Shown one piece after another: positions 12,971-25,721 of a DNA stretch of 64,000 nucleotides. This DNA comes from Macrostomum lignano (taxonomy: Eukaryota): assembly GCA_002269645.1 (NCBI GenBank), contig NIVC01001283.1:256491-320490 (forward strand), written 5' to 3'. A program made the position numbers and the translations under genes. Under the pieces are notes generated by a model. The model ran no database searches. It had not been told where the DNA came from and saw only the letters and a program-made list of their open reading frames with translations. Within the stretch, counting starts at the first letter, position 1; each line of letters opens with the position of its first letter.

Positions 12971-13883
12971 CAAGTACTGTATTTCATAGACAGTGTCTGA
13001 ATTGCTGTTTCGATTGTTTGAATTAAAAGTGTGCTTGGTCAAAATAAGCGGTAAAACGGTGTATACAGCTGCTTTGCGCTTCAATGGTCTTGGTCTGTGC
13101 GCCTAGCCCAGCAGCTATACATAAATCCTACAATGTTACCAGGTTATCCCAAAATTAAGTTTCGGTCACAAAAACTGTTATGATTGACGCTCAAGGCTCC
13201 AAGGTCTGTTCAATTATTGATTTGTGCTCAGAGGCACGATTTTTTGCGCGTTTATTGGGTGCGCCTCACAGCGTCTTAATTGTTGTTTCTTTTTGGGCAC
13301 TGGGCTCTTTCTATGAGTATTTAATCTGCTTCACAGCAAGTACAGGCGGGGCTCGCATCTATCATTGTCTATGTTGCATACAAAAAATAAATATATACAA
13401 AGTACGAACAAAATGAGTCTGCTTGGGCCGAGCCCACAGCACCTCCCTTTCTTTATGAAAGTCCATAATGTTCACATGCACAGCACTGTTCACTCCTTGT
13501 ACAACACTTTAGGCTCCAGCAGCAATCTCTCGCTCCGCCGAAGTTGCACCGCCTCTGAAGTGCCCCCCAGAACTTTGATGTTCTCCGGGTTCATTGGGTG
13601 GAGACTCAGAGACCTCGTCCCGCAGGCCTCTCTGGGTCCGGGTCCTGCTCGTTAGTTCCTGTTATAGCTTGCATATGAATGTTGTATACGGCGGCATAGC
13701 CGTCAGTGCTGCGCTTAGTGCGTATGCAGCTTGTGTATTTAGCATAATAAAGACAAGGGAATATTAAGGCCATAGACAACTTTTGTCTGTCTGAAACATC
13801 CATTTTTCCAAAAATTTGTCATACGCAGTAATGGATGAATGAATGAAAATGGCACTGTCAGTTAATTCAGTTTGAGTGCATAA

Positions 13884-14250
13884 TTATGTAGCTCTGTAAA
13901 ATTGAGTTGGCTTTACTTCACGTCCATATCGCGTGATGTATTTTGTTCCACCAGATTTTCCAGAATCCAGCTGAGAATTGTGTACTGTATCTGATGCATG
14001 AGCGTCTGAGCTGGGAGGTGAAATGGTCCCATTGTTAGAATCCTGATTAGGCATTTGAATCTTGGAATACTCTGGTATGGTCTGCATTCTGCGGTCTGTA
14101 TTGCGCTGAGCCAGAAATCAGACCTCTCAGACCCAATCGTCAAGCAATAACCGGCTGAGCAAATGCCAGCAAAACTCAGCAATGTCTCCCTCATCGGGCT
14201 GCTCGCGGAATCGGCCTCGGGCGACGCTGCACCGCATGCAGCGATTCGTT
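13884..14250 (-). pseudogene. Possible LTR-retrotransposon integrase C-terminal remnant
   Basis: Ends in YITRYGREVKPTQFY, resembling the TRxGRxVKPP tail of Gypsy pol; no catalytic motif seen. Confidence 0.35.
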
Positions 14251-14596
14251 CATTTGTTCACTCGTCCTTTTTGATAGGGAAAACAGCTTAACGGTATCTA
14301 AATCTTTAAGAATATCTGTTTATACCCTCGTAGTTTATGCACATTACCAGCGTAATTCCAGTTGTACAACGCTCAAGCGTGCAGATAACGCCTATGTCTA
14401 TGGTAAAATCCTATACTCAATCTATGCAAAAAGCGTGCAGATAATTGATGTCTATGGCAAAAATTTAACGTGGCTTGTCAGTGTGTATAGTTTAAGTAAC
14501 AATTTAACGAAACAACAGTACTGCAAAGAACTGTATGAGAGGCCTGCCTCACTTTCGCAGTATTGTCCATTTTAAAGTAGAAAAAAAAAGTTACCT

Positions 14597-15083
14597 TCAT
14601 TTTGGCAAATTTAAGGTGCACCCACTCACGTTTCCATGAAAGTTGAGTGTCAAGGTGACCTGTCGTGGCTCTGCATGGTTGCCGCTGTTAGCCACAGCGC
14701 GCTCTGCTGGCATAGACGTCTCCATTCGATTTGTGCCGCCCATGGATGAGTTAGCTCCATGCAGCGATGAATGCAGTGCGCTGCACATGGCCCGCATCTC
14801 GGATGTGCGTCGACTTCGGAATTGCAGGTACCGTTCGACTGTTTTCACCTGCTCGTGACCAGTCACTTCACCAGACACTGTCTTCTAGGTCGTTGATAGC
14901 TTTTTCCAGGTCTTCAACGCTGGGCACGCAGTCGAACATGCCATCCAGGTCAATATCCTCGGGCAGCACAAACTCGCCGTCTCCATTTGACGGTTGCTCG
15001 ACCAGACGCTCGTCCATTTGCTTTTCCATAAACCGCTCCTCGGTTTGCTGTTGAAGGAGAATGTCAATCTGTGATGATGACAT
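14597..15083 (-). pseudogene. Internally deleted Crypton-like YR gene
   Basis: Acidic N-terminus joined to EVTGHEQVKTVERYLQFRSRRTSEMRAMCSAL, which matches VTGHKATASVERYL*FGSRRVGEMQDMCSSL at 43 kb; flanked by AAGCGTGCAGATAA motifs (~14376, 14430, 15245). Confidence 0.75.
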
Positions 15084-15960
15084 TCCAGAAATGGCTTCTC
15101 CTGGCAGTTTCTTGTAGTCTACATATAGTAGACACGCTTATCCGGTGGCTCCTCGGTCAAGTTGTAGATCGCGTGATTTCTGGGTTCTTCTTAACTTCAA
15201 ACGCTCTTAAGTTATATAGATATATGTCTATCGCTGATACCCGAAAAGCGTGCAGATAACGGATGTCTATGGCCACGAGAGAGAATAATTTCGCGTTCGT
15301 ACAATGCGTCTAACACTAACTTTTGAGTGCTATTAACGTCTATGCGCACTCTTAGTGTCAAATTTAGTGTCAATCCATCATTGATAGACTCTTGTGACAA
15401 GATTAATGGCACAAGTTAAGAGATATTTTTAATGAAATCATTTTTTAGCTGTCAGTGAGTAAGAGGCTGCTAAATGTCTATTGTAAAACGCTTATACCAT
15501 TTATGTACTGTAAAGGGCTCTTGTCTGTGATACAATCATATCTCTGGCAGTGCAGAAATCGTTCGGTATATGCAAGGACTTCTTAATCACTCGGGACGGG
15601 AAACTAAAGCGTGAAATTAAAGCGAGGGCTTGTGGGTGTCTCCGTAGTGGTTCCGTCCGTTAAAATCAAATCAACAAATCTAGCTATATCAGCGTCAATA
15701 GTGGCAAAGTTGTCATTAAGGTCGTCAGTCCTATTTGCAAATTTTCAGAATCAGAATCGATCGATCAGAAAGATCGGGGACAAGTTGGGGGAAAATACTA
15801 TGTCTCAGGTTTATTCATTTTCAATGATCAAAACAACTTCTCAGCCATTCTGATGGCCATAAATGAACGAATAACCGAGAGATATGTTATACCTAATTTC
15901 CTGTGACTGACCCTCATCAATTCACAGTTGCTTTTGTTGATAAGAAAATGGTAAACTCAT

Positions 15961-16270
15961 TCAATTTATTCTCATATACCGTACTTCGGGATTCGGGTGT
16001 GTCATAAGTAATGTCCCTGGGTAAAAACAGACTAACTGAAAATTGCAGGTGAAGAAATCTGTATCGCTTAACAACGTAGATGTCAATGATCCTCTGCAGT
16101 TCTCGTGCAGCTTCTCCTGCTTGTCCTCAAGCTGCCAGAACCAGTGCAACGCGGCCTGCTTTACATCTTCATGGTTTGCGAAACTACTCTTGTAAAAGTC
16201 AGTCTTCAGCCATTTGAACAGAAATCTGTCGCACAAGTTAAAGCCCGGGCTGTAGGCATTCTGCCAAAGC
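15961..16270 (-). pseudogene. mariner transposase C-terminal remnant
   Basis: AYSPGFNLCDRFLFKWLK...FANHEDVKQAALHWF matches the YSPDLxPxD region. Confidence 0.6.
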
Positions 16271-16391
16271 AGATTCACTATTGTACTATCTCAAGTGTCA
16301 AATTGAAAACGGGAGGAAATGGGAAACCAGTACAATAATAGTACAATCGTTTGCTTATTTATATTGAGTGCTTCGTTCAATGATAAAATAT

Positions 16392-16430
16392 ACCCTGACG
16401 ACGGCCCTAGTGGGTTGAAACGCGTTGGTT
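16392..16430 (+). ncRNA. Minimal type I hammerhead ribozyme motif (Penelope-like)
   Basis: ACC-CTGACGA-C-GGCCC TAGT GGGTT-GAAA-CGCG-TT-GGT: both core boxes, stem II, a palindromic short stem III and a 3 bp stem I. Confidence 0.6.
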
Positions 16431-16747
16431 TTCGCCATAAATGTTGATCTTAAGCTTTATTTATTTGCTATTAATTAAGCGAGCAACTCTACCACAGCAT
16501 ATATATAGACTCTGCGTATGATTCTATAAACTTAGATATTGCTTCAGAATTGAAAATTAGCGGGTTTGGCAGTGCCCAAATTGGAATAAAACCGTTAGGC
16601 GTTTTAACCAATCATTTATTTGAGACAAATAACATATTTGAAACATAATTTAATTATTATTATTAATTCACCAATTTACTCCAACATGTATTCGCTGCTC
16701 CAGTTCTAATCACATGTATGCTTTCCCCAATCGATTACATTCCTCAA

Positions 16748-19130
16748 TCAGCGTTCAGTCGCCTCAGCTTTCTCTGCACTGGTACAAGTGCAGTCCCTCT
16801 TCCGCTTTTTCTCTTCTGCACTAGAACTGTTGTACCAATGGTGCAGCCTCAGATTGGTGTACAGCGTTGCTAAACCAATAGTACAGCGTTCGTTGTGCTC
16901 AACATAATGAGTTCGTATGAGACTTCGAGCTGAACTGAGAAACAAAGCTCTAACACTGGCGCCAACACGCGGCTCGTGGAATTTATCTGACGGGTACATG
17001 AACATACCTTTCACGGTTTGCTGGGAATCGACGAAATCTCGTTTGTGCAGGAAATTTGTTTGCGTAGTTCTGGCAGCTATATGCAGCACATTCTTGATGC
17101 TGTCATAATGTTACAGTTGTCTCTGTTGGTGCCTTCTTTGCTGCTAATCACTGCCTTATTCATGTCAGTAGCAGCAGCAGCGGCCACAGAATATACAGTA
17201 TATATATAAGACTGCAGTCTCAGTCGTCTATGGCACAACCTCTCCAAGCCGCATACGCGTAAGTATAAGTGACTATCTTTCTTCACCACAAAAGGAGCTA
17301 AATATCCAAATACTTTTTGCGGCAGATTTTTCTGTGAGAGGGCTGATCGGGCATTCTGTCTATATTCTGTGGCTGTGACATACCTTTCAGAGGGGGACGA
17401 AAACGAAAAACCGAGACGAGAACGAGTTTGTCTATGCCAGTCACGAGCCAATAGGAAGGAACGGGGAGAAAGGATGCTACAGCCAAAAATGTACAAGTAT
17501 AACAAAGCTTGTAGCTATTCACTTTATCTTCTATGGTACAAGTGTCTACGTCCCCGAGGAGGCAGAGAAAGCTTCTGGAAGCAAAAAATACTCAATACAT
17601 GTTCTTCCACGCTGGCTTTTTACATTCGCTTATTCGCCGAAGATGCCTCTCTCTGCAAGTGAGAAAACGCTTCTGTTAGAGAAGATACGCGAAGTCAAAA
17701 GAACACTATTTGGTCGCTGTAGTTGACGTCCCAGATGAAATTCACACGCTCTTTGAATGTGCGCCGGCGCTTGGGTTCGACGGAACCGTCACTCTCCTCG
17801 TCAGACGAGTCAAATAACATACTACTTATCTAAGCGTACTAATAATCGAAGTCAAAAAGATTCAAAAGAACTCGCGTTTAGTGAGTGAGGTTAGATGAAT
17901 GTGTGCTTTGAAAACAAATTTACAAGCTTGAGAAAAAGAAGACGACTCTTCAACTTGTCAGCCACTACACGTGGTGGGGCTCGTAGCCATAGACACTATA
18001 TGAAACAAAACGCTTGTAGCACGAACTTGTAACTATCCTGTAGTTTGTAGGAACTTGTAGCTTTGTTAAAGTTTATGAAACGAAATTCACGTGTAACATG
18101 TCACTAGTCGCACTAGTAGCCACTACAAGTCGTATATGAAACAACCCCCTGGTAACTGATAGGCTACCAGTGATTTTTTACCACTGGTTATTAACCAGTG
18201 CTTCGTAAAATTGGCCCCTGGTGGTTAGACAATAAAAAGAAACGCTTTCTGTTTGTGGGATGATTTTCACAGACAGTGCTACGATCCGACTTCCGTTCTG
18301 GTTGACCTTCGCAGGTGCAGTTGCAAGAATTTTGCTCTAAGAAGAACACTGACAATAGTCGCAGAACGACTGGCTTAGCACTAAATGGATTTTCAACATA
18401 ACTTTGGGCACTGTTCGAGCAGTTTTGTTAGAATTGTCATGCTCGGTGATTGACCGAGCATATACGGGCATCGATAGCGGATAGTCAGTTCCAGGTTGGT
18501 AAAGAACTTCATGCGCCTGAGCCGGGCACTTAGCAGCACCTGCTCAACTGAAATAAAGTAATTTCCGCCACTCATTTGACGGTCCACACCGAATTCGCCT
18601 TCCAAAGGATCTGCGCGGAATGTAGAGAGCAGTACATACTCCAAGATTATGTACAGGAGTATGTACTCCAAGAGTATGTACTACTCCAAGCCTCCAAGAG
18701 CTTGCAGCACATTTCAACAATTCAGAAAGGCTATTACATAGTGCAGTCTTTGTCTCAGCAGTAAAGCGCTGGTGACGACCTCTACCACCGCCACGCTCAG
18801 AAACGGCCTCTGCAAAAGCACGCAAGAAAAAGAGACGTTCATCAGAGACAGACGATACTGCTTTCGATTAGGATCATTTAGCTTTACATGCAAGTGGGGA
18901 TTGCTGCAGTTTACTGTCTTCCAGAACTTCAAAATACATCGAACAAATTTGCAGTATCGAAAAGCCACCTTGTCGTCGAATACCTTAGAGCTAGGGAGAC
19001 GTATGTCTTCTGGATTCCATTCGGGTAGCACGCTCAATGAATTAGATTTTTCCGTCGGACAACGTTGTCCCCTCAGCCTTGAAAACCTGTACAATGTGGC
19101 TGTTGCGATGTATTTAAATCAATACGATAT
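16748..19130 (-). pseudogene. Fragmented P/THAP9-like transposase interrupted by insertions
   Basis: 18714-19094 CKFVRCILKFWKTVN..KLNDPNR; 18393-18671 LLSTFRADPLEGEFGVDRQMSGGNYFISVEQ; 16748-17089 MYPSDKF..LYTNLRLHHW. Confidence 0.7.
17642..18150. mobile_element. Harbinger deletion remnant (convergent Myb and transposase starts)
   Basis: Plus strand MPLSASEKTLLLEKIREVKRTLFG meets minus strand MLFDSSDEESDGSVEPKRRRTFKERVNF; end TATGAAACAACCCC at ~18136-18149. Confidence 0.5.
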
Positions 19131-19927
19131 ATTTCTTGGGTATACCATAGACAACAATACAACAGTGGACCCAGTGTCACTTCCAGGTATGCGAATTATG
19201 GTGCTGTATCGCTGTTACTTTGGTTCAATTGAACTAAATTCGTTTTAAAAAAACGTTTTACTGCTTTCTCATTCCGATTTAAAAAATTCTGTATACGAGT
19301 AGAGGTTGTAGCGAGTGAATCAAAACGCAGTGGAATTTATTTTGTGGAAGTGAGATAGAACGGTTGTAAATCCTTGACGGGCTCTAACTTCGGCTTTATT
19401 CGATTTTAGAGACAGTAACGAGAACAGCTTAAGAATATTGTCTATGGCCAAAAGAGGCTTGCTGCTAGCTGATTAATGCTTCTCACTGCTACAAGATACT
19501 CCCCCTCCTAGAGGAAGTACATCACTATGCATTAGATAATCCGAGACAAAATTTCGAACAGCGCAGGGGAACGAGTAGGTAAGCAATGCAGAGGTCATAT
19601 GTGTTGTGTCTTCTGTTTTTTTAATGAAAAATCAAATGAGCAAATCTGGAACTTAAAATGTTAAATTAACCAGCCGATCTTCGACTCTTGTCTTATTATT
19701 TATTTCTGCAAGCCTAGCTTGCTCTTGTTACGCGTAAATCACTAAAGCGTACGGTGCGCTGGGAAGCAAATCATTTTGTTTATAGTTCGGCTTGGCTTAT
19801 AGCCACAGCAATAGGTTGATCAGTTTATGAACACTGTCGGGTATTGCTAGGTGGACTGTCCTTCTATAAGATTTGCACGGAGGTCTCGCTCTTGAATAGC
19901 ACGCGATTTTCGCTGCGCGACCTTGTG

Positions 19928-21300
19928 TTAGAGGCGGGCGCGTCGCTTGGCTTGGCCGGTGTAGCTGCTGGCTGCTCTTGTTGGGCTGTTGGTAGGGTGG
20001 CGGGCTTGACACGATCGATCGACACTAACGGTAGGCTTGCCGTTGATCTTGAGTGTCATTTTGGTGTCTTGCCTGTCCAGTACCGCGTACGGGCCTTGGT
20101 AAGGAGCCTCCAGGGGCCGTCGCACACGGTCCAACCGCAACCAGGCGTGTGTGCACGAACTCAGCGCGGCTGGCTCTCTCGCTTTGGCTCTCTCCCGAGA
20201 TCTCTCGCGTTCTCGGCTGCCGGTATGGGAAGAAAAGCTGATGTAGCTCGTAGACTAGTCGAGAGCTCCTTGAGCCCAGAAGTGTCGGTGACGACTGGTG
20301 GGACCAACGGTTGCTCACCCATAACAACGGAGAACGGAGAGGCACCTGACTCATCTGGGAAAATGCGCATGCCCAGGAGCACGACGGGCAGCTACTGCAG
20401 CCAGTTCTTGCCGCGCGCCTTCAAACCGACCTTTAGCGTCCGGTGTGCACTTTCGATGATACCGTTAGCTCTCGGATTATAGGCTGAAGTGCGGATGTGG
20501 TGGATGCCGAGTAGATCCTTCAAGTTCTTCATGAGCTCCGCTCAGAATTGGGATCCCTGGTCACTGATCAGCGTCAAAGGTGGGCCGAACCGAGAAATCC
20601 AGGTGTCCAGGATGGCTTGTGCGACTGATGTGGCGGCAATGTTCGAAAGCGGTGCTGCTTCGAACCAGCGTGAGTAGGCATCGATAATGGTGAGTAGGTA
20701 GCGAGGCTTCGGCCCGGGATCTTCAGACTCAGGAGGCGGTAACGGTCCGACCAGGTCAATGTGTACCGTCGTGAATCTCCGTCTTCTCGATGTCCTCGTT
20801 TGCCATTGGAACGAAGTGATAGGCCTTGACGACGTCAAGGGTGCTGAAAACTTTTGCACCGTGCAGCTGATGATGTAAATGGTTGATGTTAGGGATAGGG
20901 TAGCGGTCTGGCTCGGTTTCCGCGTTTAAGGCTCGATAGTCTCCGAAAGGTCTCCAGGAGCCGTCCTTTTTCTTTACTGTGTGAAACGGGGAGCCCCACG
21001 GACTGGCGGAGGGGCGGACGATGCCAAGTCGCAGGAGCTTGTCGAATTCCACTTTTGCAACCGCGAACTTGGCAGGGGCAAGCGGTCGCGGTCGACAAAA
21101 AATGGGCTCGCCAGTGGTCTCAATACGATGTCGAACCGACGTGGCGGATGCTGCAGTGTAGTCCGGAGCTTCCAGAACTCGAGGGAACCAAGCAAGCGGT
21201 GTGGTGGGCTCAAGCAGCGTGGTGGTGTTGATTTGAGGGACTGAATCACTAGAAGAACAGAGAGTCGAACGCAAAGATGTCGAACGCGCAGTACTAGTAA
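19928..21300 (-). pseudogene. pol: Gypsy pol remnants (partial RT fused to integrase core)
   Basis: RT SASPWGSPFHTVKKKDGSWRPFGDYRALN..FSTLDVVKAYH; integrase VHIDLVGPLP, YLLTIIDAYSRWFEA, LISDQGSQF, PLEAPYQGPY. Confidence 0.85.
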
Positions 21301-21309
21301 CAATGAACG

Positions 21310-22271
21310 TCACAGGGTATGGTCTACGAAGGCCGGGGATAGCAAGTGTGACACAACATTGGCCGAAGCAGCAGCGTGGTGGCCTTTGACGGGTCGCGGC
21401 TCGGCCGAGGCACGTGACCAACTAGTTTGACACCTGGCTTGGCGTTGGGCTAGACGCCCGGGACTGAGCCGGAGTGGGCTAGTGGGCTGATGGCTCTCCA
21501 AAAATTTCGGCGGTTTCGAGCCTGGCCACTGGCACCATGGTCGGCAGGTGCGAGCATCGGTGGCGTAGTAGAGATGACCGTTGCAGATCTTGGGTCGTCG
21601 GCGTGAGTTCCGGTTGGAGCGCGAGTCGTCGGGCTTCCTGCTACGAAAAGAACCAGCGTTGCCTCTCGGGTGCTCTTGGCCGGTGGCCGAGGTGCGGTTT
21701 ACAGAGGCGTACGGGGTGGCACAACCGGCGACACAAGCCAGCATGCTGTCGGCGATCTTCGCAAACGCGTCCAGCTCCGCCTTTTCGTGACCGACCAAGG
21801 CGGAACGGATGTGGGCCAGGTGGGCAGTGCAGTTAGGAGTCGAGACTTGATAATGCTGTCATCGACTTGTAAGCCTACTTCGCTGAATCGCCGCTTGATG
21901 TCGGTTACCAACTGAGATGGGCGGCGATCCCCGAGCTCCACCGCGGCGAGGGCCTCCTCGATTCGTTGGTGTCGGTTGGTGCGCAAAGCTTCTAGCACCG
22001 ATGTTTTAAGCGAGGCGTAGTCCTCTGTGCCTAGGTCGATCGAGCAGGCAACGTCCTCAGGCAGGGCCGCTAACGTATGATGGAACTTGGTCGCAGCGCG
22101 GGTGATTCCAGCCAGAGTAAACTGCGATTCCAGTTGCCGGAACCAGATCTCAGGCGACTTCCGGTAGAAGGCGGGAGGTTTGATAGCGATGCATTGCACG
22201 AAGGCCTCTTGTACTGGTTTCGCCAGGGCTCCAGCTTCGGGCGCTAACGGCTGCTGCTGTTCGTCCTCCAT
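21310..22271 (-). pseudogene. gag: Gypsy gag (frameshifted)
   Basis: IKPPAFYRKSPEIWFRQLESQF..TKFHHTLAALP, LGDRRPSQL, then C-terminal CNGHLYYATDARTCRPWCQWP in a second frame. Confidence 0.8.
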
Positions 22272-22584
22272 ACCAAACGCTCTGCTACCACTTTGTAGCG
22301 AGTAAATCAAAACGCAGTGGAATTTATTTTGTGGAAGTGAGATAGTGCGGTTGTAAACCCTTGACGGGCTCTAACTTTGGCTTTATTCGATTTTAGAGAC
22401 AGTAACGAGAACAGCTTAAGAATATTGTCTATGGCCAAAAGAGGCTCGCTGCTAGCTGATTAAGGTCTCCATCTATTTGTTTGTTTATTTACGAATATGT
22501 GATAAGCATTAAATAAGAAAAGCTCAACAATTAAACAATTAACCTTAAAAATTGACATTGAATGTTTTTTGACAACGACATCCA

Positions 22585-23415
22585 GTGTTTTCATGTTCTT
22601 TGTCTCAACTTCCAGTCGAGCCTTCCAATAGCCAGTCGCTCACGCTCGATAGCCAGCCGGTCTTTCGCTACCTCCAGGCGTTCCCTTTCCACCTGCTGTC
22701 TCTGTTCTTCACATTTACAGATGCCTTCCGTGTCGTTCATCACGGCGCACTCAATTTTGTCCCGATCTTCGGAGACGTCCACGATCCACAGGCCTGGCTA
22801 GTCTCGTGCGGGGTTCGCTCAGAGCTGAGCCTTTGGCATCATCAGTGCCAATGGGCCAGACAATTCATTAAATGGGCTCGAGCACCGATCCGAGGAATCA
22901 GTCTGTCTGCATTGGATCTTGTCCGCCGGAAACTCTGATGATACTTTACAATGCTATCATTACAGCGGTATTCTGCTCAAAAGAAGTAAGAACAGCTGCA
23001 GTTGGATCAGCTGCCTCCTGTGGCCTGCTTGTCCTGCCGTTGCGACTGCATCTTCGCTGTGACTTCGGACTCTCACACAATCACAATCACTTCTTGCGGC
23101 ATTCTTCACCCGTCCGCTTATTGGTACCAATGGCGTTGATGCGAGCTGCGATAGTCTCCCAAACTGCTTTCTTCTTCCTTTGCATCTCGACTATCGGATG
23201 CATCCTTTGCATCTCTACTATCGGATGCATCCTTTGCATCTCGACTCTCGACTATTTGCAGATAGTCGAGATGCAAGAAGAAAGGAAGCTTTCTTTTTCC
23301 TTTGCGTCTCGACTATCTGATCCTTGGAATTGATAGTATCTAGGTACTTGTTGACGTAATTCAACAACTCTTCCTTTTCTCCAAGCACGAAGTTGGGTTG
23401 ACGCTTGGTTGCCAT
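22585..23415 (-). pseudogene. Myb/SANT-like coiled-coil gene, disrupted
   Basis: MATKRQPNFVLGEKEELLNYVNKYLDTINSK N-terminus; RERLEVAKDRLAIERERL tail; interrupted by a ~23 bp tandem duplication at ~23177-23245. Confidence 0.6.
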
Positions 23416-23899
23416 GATCTTAGCTCATTTCTTCTTCGCTTTTTGTCTATGGTTCAACCCAACCCATATACTCTGTTAAAATTATGGCCCATCGGCAAAC
23501 CTTCTAAATTTCTTCTCTCTCCCAAACAGAGCTCTTGCCTCTTCGCTTTTTTGTCAATGCTTTAATCCACCACTTTTTCTCTCCTGTAATAATGGCCACG
23601 GAATAATCTTGGCTAAAATAATCCCCATTGTACATATACTTACACAAGCAAACAATTGAAACAATTTTCGGTCATTATTCCACAGTTTTTTAGTACACCA
23701 TAGACATTTGGATGCAAAACATTCATCGCAGAGTACTTTTGTCAATAAATACAGAACAACAAGAAGAAAATAAACAAAAGGAAAAAAATCAATCAAACTA
23801 AAGTACCAGCTACACATAAGAGTTCATGATAAATGTCACAGTGCAGTTCATAAGTTTGTAGTCAAGATTTAAAGATACGATAATCAATATCTCACCCAA

Positions 23900-25244
23900 A
23901 GTGAACGTACAGTTCTCAAAGCGGCAGTTCCCAGAGATGCTGGACACTTTAGCCCAATGATTTAGCACTGTAAAAAGGAGTTGATCCATGTTGAATGTTT
24001 TTATAAAAGGGAAATATAGGTGCTCAATTATAATTTCAAAACTTATAATTTAAAAGATAAAAGCCTGATGAGCTTTCTTTGGTACCGGTATCCAAGCTCG
24101 GAATCTTTGGGACTGTCGGCTGCTTGACTGAATCTATTGATCACTTAATAAGCACTTAATAAGCGCTGTTTGACGAAATACACCAGCCATAGTTGCTTGA
24201 CAGGACAAGTAGCTTCTACAAACGTTTTTTAATTAAAAGCAGTGTCGTTTTAGAAAGCGTGGTTGTCGGAATTGAATGCACATTGTCAAAAATTAGCTTT
24301 TAGGATAACGCTGCGTTATTTTTCAACAGAGACAACAAATGCGAACAAGAAAGAGAAAAGGCAATGATATATTAACGGTGAGAATTAATCACAATAAGTA
24401 GTACGGCACAATTGTCCCAGTACCATCCTCCATTACAGTTGGCAATTGTTCGTTATGAAGATACTCCAGCAGTTCATTTGCCGACCGTCAGTCGCATTCA
24501 CCGCACGGCGGCATGTCGGCAGGCTTTGTAAACGATTTTTTTCAACTTTGGACCATAGACTATGGTCAAATAACAGGGTTTATATTTAGTAAAACTAGTG
24601 ATACAATATAATACACGTTTAAGCATATTTGTTAATTATGCACGAAAACACAAAAATGGCATTCTTTGAGAAATTTGCAAAAGGTACGTTTGAAAGCAGT
24701 ACAGTACAATACAGAATAGAACAGTAAGTTTTGATGTATTTTAAGCTCAGTATTCTTAATTCCTAAGCATCTTCCTAACAAAGCAGACGATCTATTACTA
24801 GCGACTGTAGGCCTAATTGCTTAAGTTGAACGTGCAATTTGAGAAGTGGCAGCCTGAGAAGACACTGGAAACATTTTGTTTACTTAGCGAAAAAGGTTTC
24901 GGAGATCGATAATGATCAGTTGTCGCGAGTGGCGTGACAAACACGTCACCGTAGGAGAACATTTGGTCTTTGGTTGTGCACGGTGGCGAATCCAACTCGG
25001 CCTTATCCATGCTGTCCGTAGCAATTAAATCTTTTCCTTCTTCGAAGTCCGGTGGAACGACACCAAGCAGCTGCTCTTTAGATCGCGAATGATCGGTAAT
25101 GAAGTGGATGAAATCCTCCAGTTGGGCATCTTCTCTGTGATCAGCACTGCTAAGCTCCGCAAGGAAAGAATATTCGCTGGATGTAACGCCGTCGAGACTA
25201 TCAGCTGGCAGATGGTACCAGTTGATAAGGTGTGAAGCAGACAT
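23900..25244 (-). pseudogene. Crypton-like YR-associated remnants
   Basis: LAELSSADHREDAQLEDFIHFI..DSMDKAELDS..FSGCHFSNCTFNL is homologous to 31999-32230 and 33000-33260; 23900-24200 is homologous to 31444-31780. Confidence 0.6.
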
Positions 25245-25721
25245 TGCTTATAAGTATTGCAGTCGTCGAATTCTCTGCTCAATCCTATTAACTTAGTTTT
25301 AGTCTAACACTACCCACTTCGTTTTCTGGGTAAAACTTTAATTGTCTATGGCATTATCTGAGTCCAACTTTAACGTCTATGGCTCACATCATAATCCAAG
25401 TTTAAACATGCATTATCAAACATTTGATAATGACAGATTATATAACATACTTTTACTGCGAAATCATGAGACAATAATATTATATAAAATACGATTGCTT
25501 ATTTAATCGTTAAAATATTGTTTATTCAGAGCTGGGAATGTGTTGTCTGTGGTAATTTTTAACAAAAACTAAGATATTATATCATATAATCTCCTTGAAA
25601 TCAGGAGCAATCGAATTTAATATATGATAAACGCCGTTTAATTCATCATAGTCTATGGTTAGAATATCCTCGGCTGCAATCAATGGTCCTCGGCTCGCTA
25701 CGCTCGCCTCGAGACCATTAA

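Larger units (their letters stand above)
19307..22463 (-). mobile_element. Internally deleted Gypsy LTR retrotransposon
   Basis: LTR TGTAGC...GCTACA at 19307-19493, second LTR 22294-22463 (truncated); PBS TGGTAGCAGAGC (tRNA-iMet-like) at 22279-22290; purine tract at ~19494-19515; gag, RT and integrase fragments between. Confidence 0.92.
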
